A DNA stretch of 64,000 bases from the NCBI GenBank assembly GCA_965261395.1, contig OZ253462.1, forward strand, positions 480,001 to 544,000, in the 5' to 3' direction. Every line of letters starts with the position of its first letter. Position 1 is the first letter of the stretch. Shown here piece after piece: positions 39,297 to 47,664 of the stretch. A program made the translations under genes and the position numbers. Source of the stretch: Candidatus Latescibacterota bacterium (lineage in GTDB: Bacteria > Latescibacterota > UBA2968 > UBA8231). The notes below the pieces were generated by a model. The model did no database searches, was not told the origin of the DNA, and was given only the letters and a program-made list of their open reading frames with translations.

Positions 39297-40145
39297 CTAA
39301 ACGCGGCGGAATTTCTGCACCCTATCGTGCAGGGTAGCTACTTCACCGATGTACAGCGAGCCTTCCTCGTCCACCCAAATGCTGTGCGGGGAGTCGGCGA
39401 ATTGACCCGGGGCCGAGCCGTCCTCGCCCCAGCGAGCCAGCAGGTGCCCTTCTAGGTCGAAGATGCTGACGCGCGACGGGGCTTCGACTATGTACACTGT
39501 ATCGTCCGGGGTGATGAAGAGATCCATGGGCATTACCAAGTCGGTCCATTCGTCCAAGTAGCGGCCCCCGGAGTCAAAGCGCTGGATGCGGTTGTTTTCG
39601 CGGTCAACGGCCCAGACCCGCTCGTCGCGGTCAACCCACAGGCTGTGGGGCAGGGCGAATTGACCCGGACCAGTGCCCCCGGATCCCCACGAATGGAGCA
39701 GTTCTCCCGCAGCCGAAAAGCGGTGGATGCGAAACTGGCCGTACCCATCGGCCACGTACAAATCCCCAGAAGGGCCGCGCATGGCTTTAGTGGGCTGGTT
39801 AAAGGGCTGATCGGGTGCGCCCGGCACGCCCGGCGTACCCCAAGTATGGACCACTTCCCCCTGCGGATTGAAGCAGCGGATGGTGTGGGTGTCGGTGTCG
39901 GCCGCGTACACTTGGTCCTCGCCGTCAACCCACAGGAGGTGGGGGTTCCCTAGCAGATCGGCTCCCCAAGTGTCGAGATAAGTCCCGTCGCGGTCATAGA
40001 CCAGCAGGGCAGGGGGATGACGGCGAGCCACAAAGACCCGGCCCTGGCTATCGGCAGCCACTCCGGGCACCACGCCGCCCATGGGGCGGCCTTGGGGCCC
40101 TAGGCCCCAGTGTTCGACGACTTCGTAATTATAGGTAGCGCTCAT
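39297..40145 (-). CDS. NHL-repeat peptidyl-alpha-hydroxyglycine lyase (PAL)-like protein
   Basis: FNQPT, YVADGYG, GPGQFALPHSL, VDRENNRIQ, GQF..SPHSI. Confidence 0.85.
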   Translation of the reverse strand: MSATYNYEVVEHWGLGPQGRPMGGVVPGVAADSQGRVFVARRHPPALLVYDRDGTYLDTWGADLLGNPHLLWVDGEDQVYAADTDTHTIRCFNPQGEVVHTWGTPGVPGAPDQPFNQPTKAMRGPSGDLYVADGYGQFRIHRFSAAGELLHSWGSGGTGPGQFALPHSLWVDRDERVWAVDRENNRIQRFDSGGRYLDEWTDLVMPMDLFITPDDTVYIVEAPSRVSIFDLEGHLLARWGEDGSAPGQFADSPHSIWVDEEGSLYIGEVATLHDRVQKFRRV

Positions 40146-40269
40146 GGCATTCCTCGCGGTTAGGGGAAAATATCAATGTATATTGGTAATACGGACAGCG
40201 GCCTGCAATAGGCACGGAGCAGCTTTGACTGTATAATCCAAGCGGAAATAAAAACGCGGAGGAGGGAGC

Positions 40270-41076
40270 ATGAAACTAACAGACGATCATTTGCAGACTT
40301 TTGTAGAACAGGGCTTCGTGGCCGTAGAGAATTTCTATCCAGAACAACGCCGGGCCCAGATCGCCGCGGCCATCCGCCGGACCCTCCTCCCTTGGGAAGC
40401 ACTCGCCGACGACCCGCCCGCAGATCGGCTCCTGAGGGACGACTTTCCCTACGCCGATACGTTCTTCAATGAATTCATCATCGACTGGGACCTCATCGAG
40501 TTCGTCCAGCGGGTACTCGACACCGAGGACATCCACTTTCGCTATGCCCACAACTGGGCGCGCTACCCCGACCCCGGGGCCGAGCAGCCGGGCCTGCACA
40601 TCGACAATGGCAACAACTCGCTCCTGCCCCCCACATCCGATCGGCGCTACGGGCAGATCAGCACCTGGTACTTTCCCGAAGCTGTGGACGAAAACCAAGC
40701 GCCGATGCAGATCGTGCCCAAGCCCTATGGCCAGGATCTGAGCAAGCGGGTTTTGCTGACGGTGCCGGCAGGCACGATCATGATCTTCAACACCCATCTC
40801 TGGCACTCGGCGACCGTGTTCAAGGGCTGCGCGGGGCAGCGCTATTCCGCCACCCGGATCTACGGTCGCGCCGATCACTACTGGGAGGGCGTGAGCAGCT
40901 TTACCAACCTAGGGATGAACGAGCACTTCAGGGCTTTTATCGGCCGGCTTTCGGCGCGCGAACGAGCACTTTTCCGCTTTCCGCCCGCCGGCCACGAATA
41001 CTACACCCAAGAGACGCTAGCCCGCCTCGAAGAGCAGTATCCGGGCTGGAATGCGCGCGGAGAGTACAACTTATGA
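40270..41076 (+). CDS. PhyH-family dioxygenase
   Basis: FVEQGFV, LHIDNGN, VPAGTIMIFNTHLWHSA. Confidence 0.82.
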   Translation: MKLTDDHLQTFVEQGFVAVENFYPEQRRAQIAAAIRRTLLPWEALADDPPADRLLRDDFPYADTFFNEFIIDWDLIEFVQRVLDTEDIHFRYAHNWARYPDPGAEQPGLHIDNGNNSLLPPTSDRRYGQISTWYFPEAVDENQAPMQIVPKPYGQDLSKRVLLTVPAGTIMIFNTHLWHSATVFKGCAGQRYSATRIYGRADHYWEGVSSFTNLGMNEHFRAFIGRLSARERALFRFPPAGHEYYTQETLARLEEQYPGWNARGEYNL

Positions 41077-42143
41077 ACGACGAAAGATCCGATTTTCCCA
41101 CCGCGGATATCACCGCACTGCGCACCGTAGTCCGCGACGGCTGGTACAACGCCTTTACGGATCTGGCCCTGTGGAAGGATATGTACTGGCTGTGCTACCG
41201 GCGGGGCACCGACCACGTTGCCGGCAACAGTGTTGAGGTCGTCCTCCGCTCTAACGATCTGCGGCGGTGGCGTCCGGTGATCGACTTTGAATCGCCCGCT
41301 GGCGTCGCCGATGGCTGCGCGGCCGCAGACGGGCACTTTTGCACCACGCCAGACCGGTTGTATCTCTTCATTGGCACGCGCAACCCGATCCATTCCTATG
41401 TCTCTTGGACCGACGACGGCGTCCACTGGTCTCGGCCCGCACTGCTCGCCCTCGGCGACGATCATCCCTACACTTGGCGGGTCCGCTGGCGCGAGGGGCT
41501 ATTCTACTCGGCCATTTGCCACCTCCACCACGAGGAGCGGCCCTTTGAGTTGATCGTCAGCGAGGACGGGGTCCACTGGACCCGACGGGCCGAAATTGTC
41601 ACCCGCGCCGAACTGCCGGAGTTCACTGAAGAGTCGGAACTCTACTGGCGGCCCGATGGCGAATTGTGGTGCATAGTCCGCGCCAACAACGCCTCAATGT
41701 ACTGGTCTCAACCCCCCTATACGTCCTGGGAAGGGAACGACTTGCAGGTCAAATGCGACGCCCCGGTAATTTGCCGAACCGCCGGCAGGGAGTACCTGGC
41801 CGGCCGCGTCCGCCTTCCCAGCGCAGGGTCCAGCGACTATCCAACCCAGTTCCAAGGCGGCGAGTGGGGAGGAGTCGGCAACGGCACCACGGGCCTCTAC
41901 TACCTCACCAAAGGCAAGGCCGAACTGATCCGCTACTTCCCGCAGGGTGGCGACGCCTCTTATCCCGGTCTGGTCTCCCCCGAGCCCGGCAAGTTGGTGA
42001 TCTCGTTTTATTCCGATGTCGCCTATTGGACGGGTATGGTCAAGCCCCGGCATTTTGCCGAGTTCCGCTACAAATCCTCGGAAAGCGATATCTACTTGGC
42101 CGAAATCGAGGTACCTACTACCCGCCCCCAAACCCGTAAGTAA
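41073..42143 (+). CDS. BNR/Asp-box beta-propeller (sialidase-like) hypothetical protein
   Basis: YNAFTDL, SNDLRRW, TDDGVHWS, SEDGVHWT, GDASYPG. Confidence 0.7.
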   Translation: MNDERSDFPTADITALRTVVRDGWYNAFTDLALWKDMYWLCYRRGTDHVAGNSVEVVLRSNDLRRWRPVIDFESPAGVADGCAAADGHFCTTPDRLYLFIGTRNPIHSYVSWTDDGVHWSRPALLALGDDHPYTWRVRWREGLFYSAICHLHHEERPFELIVSEDGVHWTRRAEIVTRAELPEFTEESELYWRPDGELWCIVRANNASMYWSQPPYTSWEGNDLQVKCDAPVICRTAGREYLAGRVRLPSAGSSDYPTQFQGGEWGGVGNGTTGLYYLTKGKAELIRYFPQGGDASYPGLVSPEPGKLVISFYSDVAYWTGMVKPRHFAEFRYKSSESDIYLAEIEVPTTRPQTRK

Positions 42144-42204
42144 CCGCCAGCTTGAACCGCCGGCCTTTGGGATTGTGCGTCAAGCCGTCGACGCCAGTGC
42201 TTCG

Positions 42205-43761
42205 TCAGCGAATCCGTTCGCTGCGCAGCCCTATCCAGACGCAGACAGCCATTCCCAAGATGACAATGGCGAACGGGAGGCCGGTTGCGAGCGAGGCTGC
42301 CTGCAACGAATTCAGCCCTCCGCCAAGTAGGAGTGCTATAGCGACTAACCCTTCGATAGTACACCAGAAGACGCGTTGCGCTACTGGGGCGTCAACTTTG
42401 CCGCCGGCTGCGATGGTGTCAAGAATCAACGAACCGGAGTCCGACGAGGTGACGAAAAATACAATAGTCAGCAGGATCGCCACCGATGAAAGTAGCTTCG
42501 TCAGCGGGAGTTGGTCGAACATTTTGAACAAGGCGATTTCCAGCTTCCACGCCGCAACATTCTCCGTTACACCGGTATAGCCCTCAACGGTGTGCTGATA
42601 GAGAGCCGTGCCGCCAAAGGTCCCAAACCACAGCAAACACAACACCATCGGCGGGATGAGCACGAAAATTATGAATTCGCGCACTGTGCGGCCCTTGGAA
42701 ATGCGGGCGATGAACGTGCCGACAAAAGGGGCCCAGGCAAACCACCAGGCCAAGTAGAAGGTCGTCCAACCGTGCAGGAAATCCGTATCTTCGCGCCCTA
42801 CCCAGTTACTGAGCGGCACAATCTTGACGAGATAGCTACCGAGCGCAGCGAACATACTGCGGAAAATATAGAGCGTCGGCCCCAGAACAATAATCGCCAA
42901 CAGCAACAACAACGCGAGAATTATATTGAACTGGCTGAGGCGCTTGATCCCGACATTAATACCCGCCAGCACCGATGTCAGCGCGATGGACGTAATCACC
43001 ACAATCAGCACTACCATGGTGGTGTTATTCGCGGGAACACCAAACAGATAATTCAAACCGGAGGTTACCTGCTTGACCCCCAAGCCGAGCGAGGTTGCAA
43101 GCCCGAACAGACCGGCGAAGATGGCGAACGTATCGATGATATGGCCAGGCCAGCCCCAGATGCGGTCGCCAAACAAGGGATAGAACGCCGAGCGGATGGT
43201 GAGCGGCAGTCCCCGGTTGTAGGCGAAGTACGCGAGCGCGAGCCCCACGAGGCCGTAAATGCCCCAACCGTGTAGCCCCCAGTGAAAAACGGTTGCCGCA
43301 ATGCCGACGGCAGCGGCTTCTTCTGTTCCGGCGGGGATGCCAAGCGGCGGCTTTTGGAAGTAGTAGAGCGGCTCTGCCACCCCGTAAAACAGCAGACCGA
43401 TGCCCACGCCGGCCGCAAAGAGCATGGCAAACCAAGTTGCGTTGGAGTACTCGGGTTTTGCATCGGCCCCCCCGAGGCGCACCTTGCCGAGAGGCGAACA
43501 TGCCACATATAGGCAAAAGAGCAAGGTGAGGTTGGCAGCAATCAAGAAAAACCAATCGAGGTTTATCGTGATCCACTCGCGGGTATTTTTGAAAACTTCC
43601 GTCGCGGCTTCCTGGAAGACGAGTGACCCGACGACAAAAACGACGATGGTAATACTGGAGATCGAGAACACGGGAGTCAGATAGATATCTAAACCGAATA
43701 GCTTGCGGTACTCCTCGTCATGCGGCAGTTGTGGCTGTTTTTCTTGTTTACTCATGTTCAA
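42205..43761 (-). CDS. BCCT family (betaine/carnitine/choline) transporter
   Basis: WFAMLFAAGVGIGL, FHWGLHGW, WTTFYLAWWFAWAPFVG.FIARISKGRT, TSSDS. Confidence 0.96.
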   Translation of the reverse strand: MNMSKQEKQPQLPHDEEYRKLFGLDIYLTPVFSISSITIVVFVVGSLVFQEAATEVFKNTREWITINLDWFFLIAANLTLLFCLYVACSPLGKVRLGGADAKPEYSNATWFAMLFAAGVGIGLLFYGVAEPLYYFQKPPLGIPAGTEEAAAVGIAATVFHWGLHGWGIYGLVGLALAYFAYNRGLPLTIRSAFYPLFGDRIWGWPGHIIDTFAIFAGLFGLATSLGLGVKQVTSGLNYLFGVPANNTTMVVLIVVITSIALTSVLAGINVGIKRLSQFNIILALLLLLAIIVLGPTLYIFRSMFAALGSYLVKIVPLSNWVGREDTDFLHGWTTFYLAWWFAWAPFVGTFIARISKGRTVREFIIFVLIPPMVLCLLWFGTFGGTALYQHTVEGYTGVTENVAAWKLEIALFKMFDQLPLTKLLSSVAILLTIVFFVTSSDSGSLILDTIAAGGKVDAPVAQRVFWCTIEGLVAIALLLGGGLNSLQAASLATGLPFAIVILGMAVCVWIGLRSERIR

Positions 43762-43779
43762 AAGGTCCTCTGTGGTAGG

Positions 43780-46158
43780 CTACTCCCCGACTATGGAGTA
43801 GTTGGCTTCGCCTTCGACAATGCGCAAGAGGCGGTTGACAGGCACTTCTTCCCAAATTTGGCCTTTGCCGCTGGGCCAGATAACCTCCAACCGCTCCACT
43901 TGGTTAGCCTGCCCCAACCCCAAGTGCAGAGCCAGAGCATTGCTCGAACCAAAACCGTAGCCGCTGGCCACTTGGCCATGGACTTGTCGAGCACCGCAAT
44001 AAACTACGGCCCGCGCCCCAATGGCGTCGCGATTGCTAGCTGTACCCACCAGTTTCAGCCCCAGATAATTGCCGACGGGGCCGTCGTTGCGGTAGAGACT
44101 ATTGGGCCAGACATCGGCGTCGTAGTGGCCGCCCAAACCTGCGTATAGATCCAGATCGCCATCGGCATCAAAATCGGCAAAGGTGGCACCGTGTCCCTTA
44201 CCTAGATTGCCGACTCCGGCGGCGGATGTCACTTCGACAAAACGACCGTCCCCCTGATTGAGAAAGAGAGCATTAGGTTCGAGCCGGTACATCTCGGGCC
44301 CACCATTAGCCAAGTAGATGTCCGGAAAACCATTGTTGTCGACGTCGCCTAGGCCAATGCCCATCGAGCCGAACGAGCGCCCCAAACCCGCTGGGACTGC
44401 AATATCCGTGAACGTTCCGTCGCCGTTATTGAGGTATAGAAAGGGTCGGTTGGGTTCAATTGCGCGGCCTTCTACCCAGCTATTGAGCACATCCTCGAAA
44501 GCACTCATAGTCGAAGCGAAAAGGTCGAGTTGGCCGTCGTTATTAAAGTCGAAAAAAAAGGTTACGTAGCCACCGTCCAAGGGGAAGATTACCCCTGCTT
44601 GGTCCGCTCTGTCCACAAAAGCACCATCTGTCTCATTGTGGTAGAGCCGATTGGGCGTGCCAATGTTTACGACATAGAGATCCAAATACCCATCTCCATC
44701 GTAATCGCCAAAGGCCGTGCCGATGGTCTTGCTCGAATCCGCTGTTCCCGATGATTGGCCAATATCTGCAAACGTCCCATCTTGCTGGTTATGCCACAAA
44801 TTATTGCGTCCACCATCTCCAATGACCCCATTGGCTACATAGAGGTCCAAATACCCGTCTAGATCTACATCGCCCCAAGCGGCAGTAAAACTGGCCTGGG
44901 CCTCGTCTAGGCCCGCTCTTTGCGCCACATCGACAAAGTGGTCGTCCTCGTTGCGATAGAGGGAATTGGCGGCTGCGCCCTCCCAAGCGTCTCGGGTCAC
45001 AAAAAGATCGGCGTCCCCATCGTTATCGAAATCGGCGGCCGTTCCCCCCCAACCACCTCGCGAATCGTCCAAGCCCCAAAGAGGGGCTACATCCTCAAAC
45101 CGGCCCCGCCCTTCGTTGCGGTAGAGGGCGTGGGTACTCTGGATACCAACACTAAAAATATCCAGATCGCCATCGCCGTCGAAGTCGAGCCAAGCACTAC
45201 CCCGACCCCGATCGCGTTTATCAACACCGGCCTGGAGCCCGATATCGGCGAAAACCACTGCTCGGCTGGCCGACATCTGGACAAAGGGATTGAAGCGGTA
45301 GCGCTCGGGCAAGTCCACCGGATAACCGCCCTGCCGCTCCCAAGCCAATCTAAGCAGCCACAGACTTTTGAGACGCTCGGGATAGTGGTCCAGATTTAGG
45401 TCCACCGCCTGCCGTAGCAGCGGAATAACGTCCCTATGGTCGCCCCAAAATGCGGCTGTGCCTGCCAGCAACGCAACATAACCGTCATCGGAGTAGACTT
45501 CGAGCAGAGAGCTAGCTACTTCGACAGCCCCATTAAATTCGCCTAGTCGTAGTTGAGATTCGAGCAACATCAAGCCCGCGTCTCGGTGAGTAGGCACCTG
45601 GAGCAGGATCTGGCGGCTCAGATCGCGGGCTTTGCCCAAATCCATAGTAGAGGCCGCTTTCAAAGCTAATTCGGCTAAGAGCAGGCGGGCATCCAGGGAC
45701 TGAGGGTGCTCGCTCAAAACCTGAGCGGCGATGGCTCGGGCTTCCAAAGCCCGGCCCTCAAAGGCCATGAGCCGCGCTTGGAGAATTCGCGCCTCGGGCC
45801 GTCCACGCAAATCGGGCGGAAGCTGTAGAAGGGTCAGACGGATGGGATCGGCTTGGCTCAGATCGCGGCTTGCACTTGGGCTACACAGCTCCCACAGGAT
45901 GTTCTGAGCCCGATTCTTGCGCCCCTGCTTGAGGCTGATTTCGCTCAAACGAACTAGCGCCACGGTGCTGTCGGGTGCCAGTTCCAATACTTTCTGGAAG
46001 CGTTCGCCGGCTAGGTCAAGGCGGTTGGTATAGAAGTAGCGCAGCCCTTCTCCGTAGAGCTGGTCGCTCTCTGACTTGGGCATTTGGGACTCGGAACAGC
46101 TAAAAAATGAAAGAAAAAAAACGCAGATGCCGAGGCGATTAATAAATCGATTGGACAT
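43780..46158 (-). CDS. TPR + FG-GAP + ASPIC/UnbV (CRTAC1-like) lipoprotein
   Basis: Lipobox-like FFSC, TPR-like N-terminus, many DxDxDGxxDL repeats, SNRDAIGA...LHLGLG...WPSG. Confidence 0.9.
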   Translation of the reverse strand: MSNRFINRLGICVFFLSFFSCSESQMPKSESDQLYGEGLRYFYTNRLDLAGERFQKVLELAPDSTVALVRLSEISLKQGRKNRAQNILWELCSPSASRDLSQADPIRLTLLQLPPDLRGRPEARILQARLMAFEGRALEARAIAAQVLSEHPQSLDARLLLAELALKAASTMDLGKARDLSRQILLQVPTHRDAGLMLLESQLRLGEFNGAVEVASSLLEVYSDDGYVALLAGTAAFWGDHRDVIPLLRQAVDLNLDHYPERLKSLWLLRLAWERQGGYPVDLPERYRFNPFVQMSASRAVVFADIGLQAGVDKRDRGRGSAWLDFDGDGDLDIFSVGIQSTHALYRNEGRGRFEDVAPLWGLDDSRGGWGGTAADFDNDGDADLFVTRDAWEGAAANSLYRNEDDHFVDVAQRAGLDEAQASFTAAWGDVDLDGYLDLYVANGVIGDGGRNNLWHNQQDGTFADIGQSSGTADSSKTIGTAFGDYDGDGYLDLYVVNIGTPNRLYHNETDGAFVDRADQAGVIFPLDGGYVTFFFDFNNDGQLDLFASTMSAFEDVLNSWVEGRAIEPNRPFLYLNNGDGTFTDIAVPAGLGRSFGSMGIGLGDVDNNGFPDIYLANGGPEMYRLEPNALFLNQGDGRFVEVTSAAGVGNLGKGHGATFADFDADGDLDLYAGLGGHYDADVWPNSLYRNDGPVGNYLGLKLVGTASNRDAIGARAVVYCGARQVHGQVASGYGFGSSNALALHLGLGQANQVERLEVIWPSGKGQIWEEVPVNRLLRIVEGEANYSIVGE

Positions 46159-46178
46159 AGTGTAAGAGTTTGTCTTTG

Positions 46179-47564
46179 TCAGAAAGACGCTTCCAACCAA
46201 GCCAATTTGGTCTCGGCTTGGGGATAGTCTGGATCTAGTGCCAGTACCTTCTTGAATAAAGTTTTGGCCTCTTCGTAATTCTTGAGCTGTACTTGGGTTA
46301 GGGCCAGAGCGTAATGGGCCTCAACATAAATGGGAAGATGTGTCGGGGCCCATTCCAGGGTCCGGCGCAGCGCGGCATCGGCTTGCTGATAATTTTTGCT
46401 CAATAACGAGGATCGGCCTAGGCCAAAGACGGCACGCACTGAAGTAGAGTCGAGGGCAATAGCCGCGACAAAAGATTTTTGGGCCGCGGCAAAATCCCTC
46501 TCGAGGAGATGGGTTTCCCCCAATAGCGAATGGGCTTCCACATGTTCGGGCGCTAAGCCGAGGATCTGTTCCAAGAGGTGACGAGCACTTTGCGGGTCGT
46601 TTACTTGTAAATGCACAATACACAAGCTGAGGTACGCATCAACAAAAGAAGAATCGATCTCTATAGCTTGGGAGAAAGAGGTGATTGCCTGCGCCTGTTT
46701 ACCTTTAAGCAGGTAGATTTGTCCCTGATCATAGTGGCGCTTGGCCGTGCTCAGGCGCTGGTAAATTTGCAGTGCTTTGGCCGCTTCGGCGGCTCTCTCC
46801 ATCCGGTTGAGGACTTGGTGATGCAAGTAGTGGGCCTGGGCGTGACGCGGTTCCCGCGCGATGGCTTGTTCTAGGGTAGACACGGCTTCTCGATGTCTCC
46901 CCGCTTGGGTTTGCAAGGTGGCTAAGGCGACGAGAGCGGCTACATGATGAGGTGCCAGCACCAACAGTTTTTTGTATCCAGCCTCGGCTTCGGCGGGTCT
47001 ATCGCTGCGCCCGAGCAATTCGCTGCGGTGGTAGAGGGCATCTACAAAATCGGGCTCCAAATCCAGTGCTGCTTCAAAGGCGGCAATGGCCCCGTCAAAA
47101 TCTGCCGTGGCTCTCAGAGATTTACCGAGTTGATAGCGATAGAGCGCCTCTTCTGGTTCCAACTCAATGGCGCGCTGATAATGGAGTATCGACTCGGGGT
47201 AGCGGTGTTCGGCGCTAAGAGCATTCCCCAAGACAAAGCGAAAAGAACCATTGAGCGAATCGAGTCCCACAGCCCGTTGCAGGAAGGGGATAGCCAGCCC
47301 GTACTCACCTAGACGAACGTGGGCTAGCCCCCAGTTAAAGTGGACTGAGGGGAGCTTGGGCACCCGTTTTGCGGCTTGGCGCAGAACGGTCAGAGCTTGG
47401 CGCGGCTGGCCCTGTTTTAAAAATAAAGCCCCTCGGTTGACCAACCGTACACCTTCTGGATCCTGCGCTAGTGGGCGTGCCTTTTCGAGAGGGGTATGGT
47501 CAGTGCTGCAAGCATACAGGAGTAGGACAACCCAAAAGGCGCTGCAGCAGCGGTGAATAGACAT
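46179..47564 (-). CDS. Tetratricopeptide-repeat lipoprotein
   Basis: LYAC lipobox; repeated TPR units (A..L.P). Confidence 0.88.
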   Translation of the reverse strand: MSIHRCCSAFWVVLLLYACSTDHTPLEKARPLAQDPEGVRLVNRGALFLKQGQPRQALTVLRQAAKRVPKLPSVHFNWGLAHVRLGEYGLAIPFLQRAVGLDSLNGSFRFVLGNALSAEHRYPESILHYQRAIELEPEEALYRYQLGKSLRATADFDGAIAAFEAALDLEPDFVDALYHRSELLGRSDRPAEAEAGYKKLLVLAPHHVAALVALATLQTQAGRHREAVSTLEQAIAREPRHAQAHYLHHQVLNRMERAAEAAKALQIYQRLSTAKRHYDQGQIYLLKGKQAQAITSFSQAIEIDSSFVDAYLSLCIVHLQVNDPQSARHLLEQILGLAPEHVEAHSLLGETHLLERDFAAAQKSFVAAIALDSTSVRAVFGLGRSSLLSKNYQQADAALRRTLEWAPTHLPIYVEAHYALALTQVQLKNYEEAKTLFKKVLALDPDYPQAETKLAWLEASF

Positions 47565-47664
47565 CGCGGACTCAATCCAGTTGTCGCGGTCCCTTTTTTC
47601 TTTTTACCATACATAGGGTTACGGCAATATAATCCCCGATCTAGAAAGCAGCAATGCACCTACT

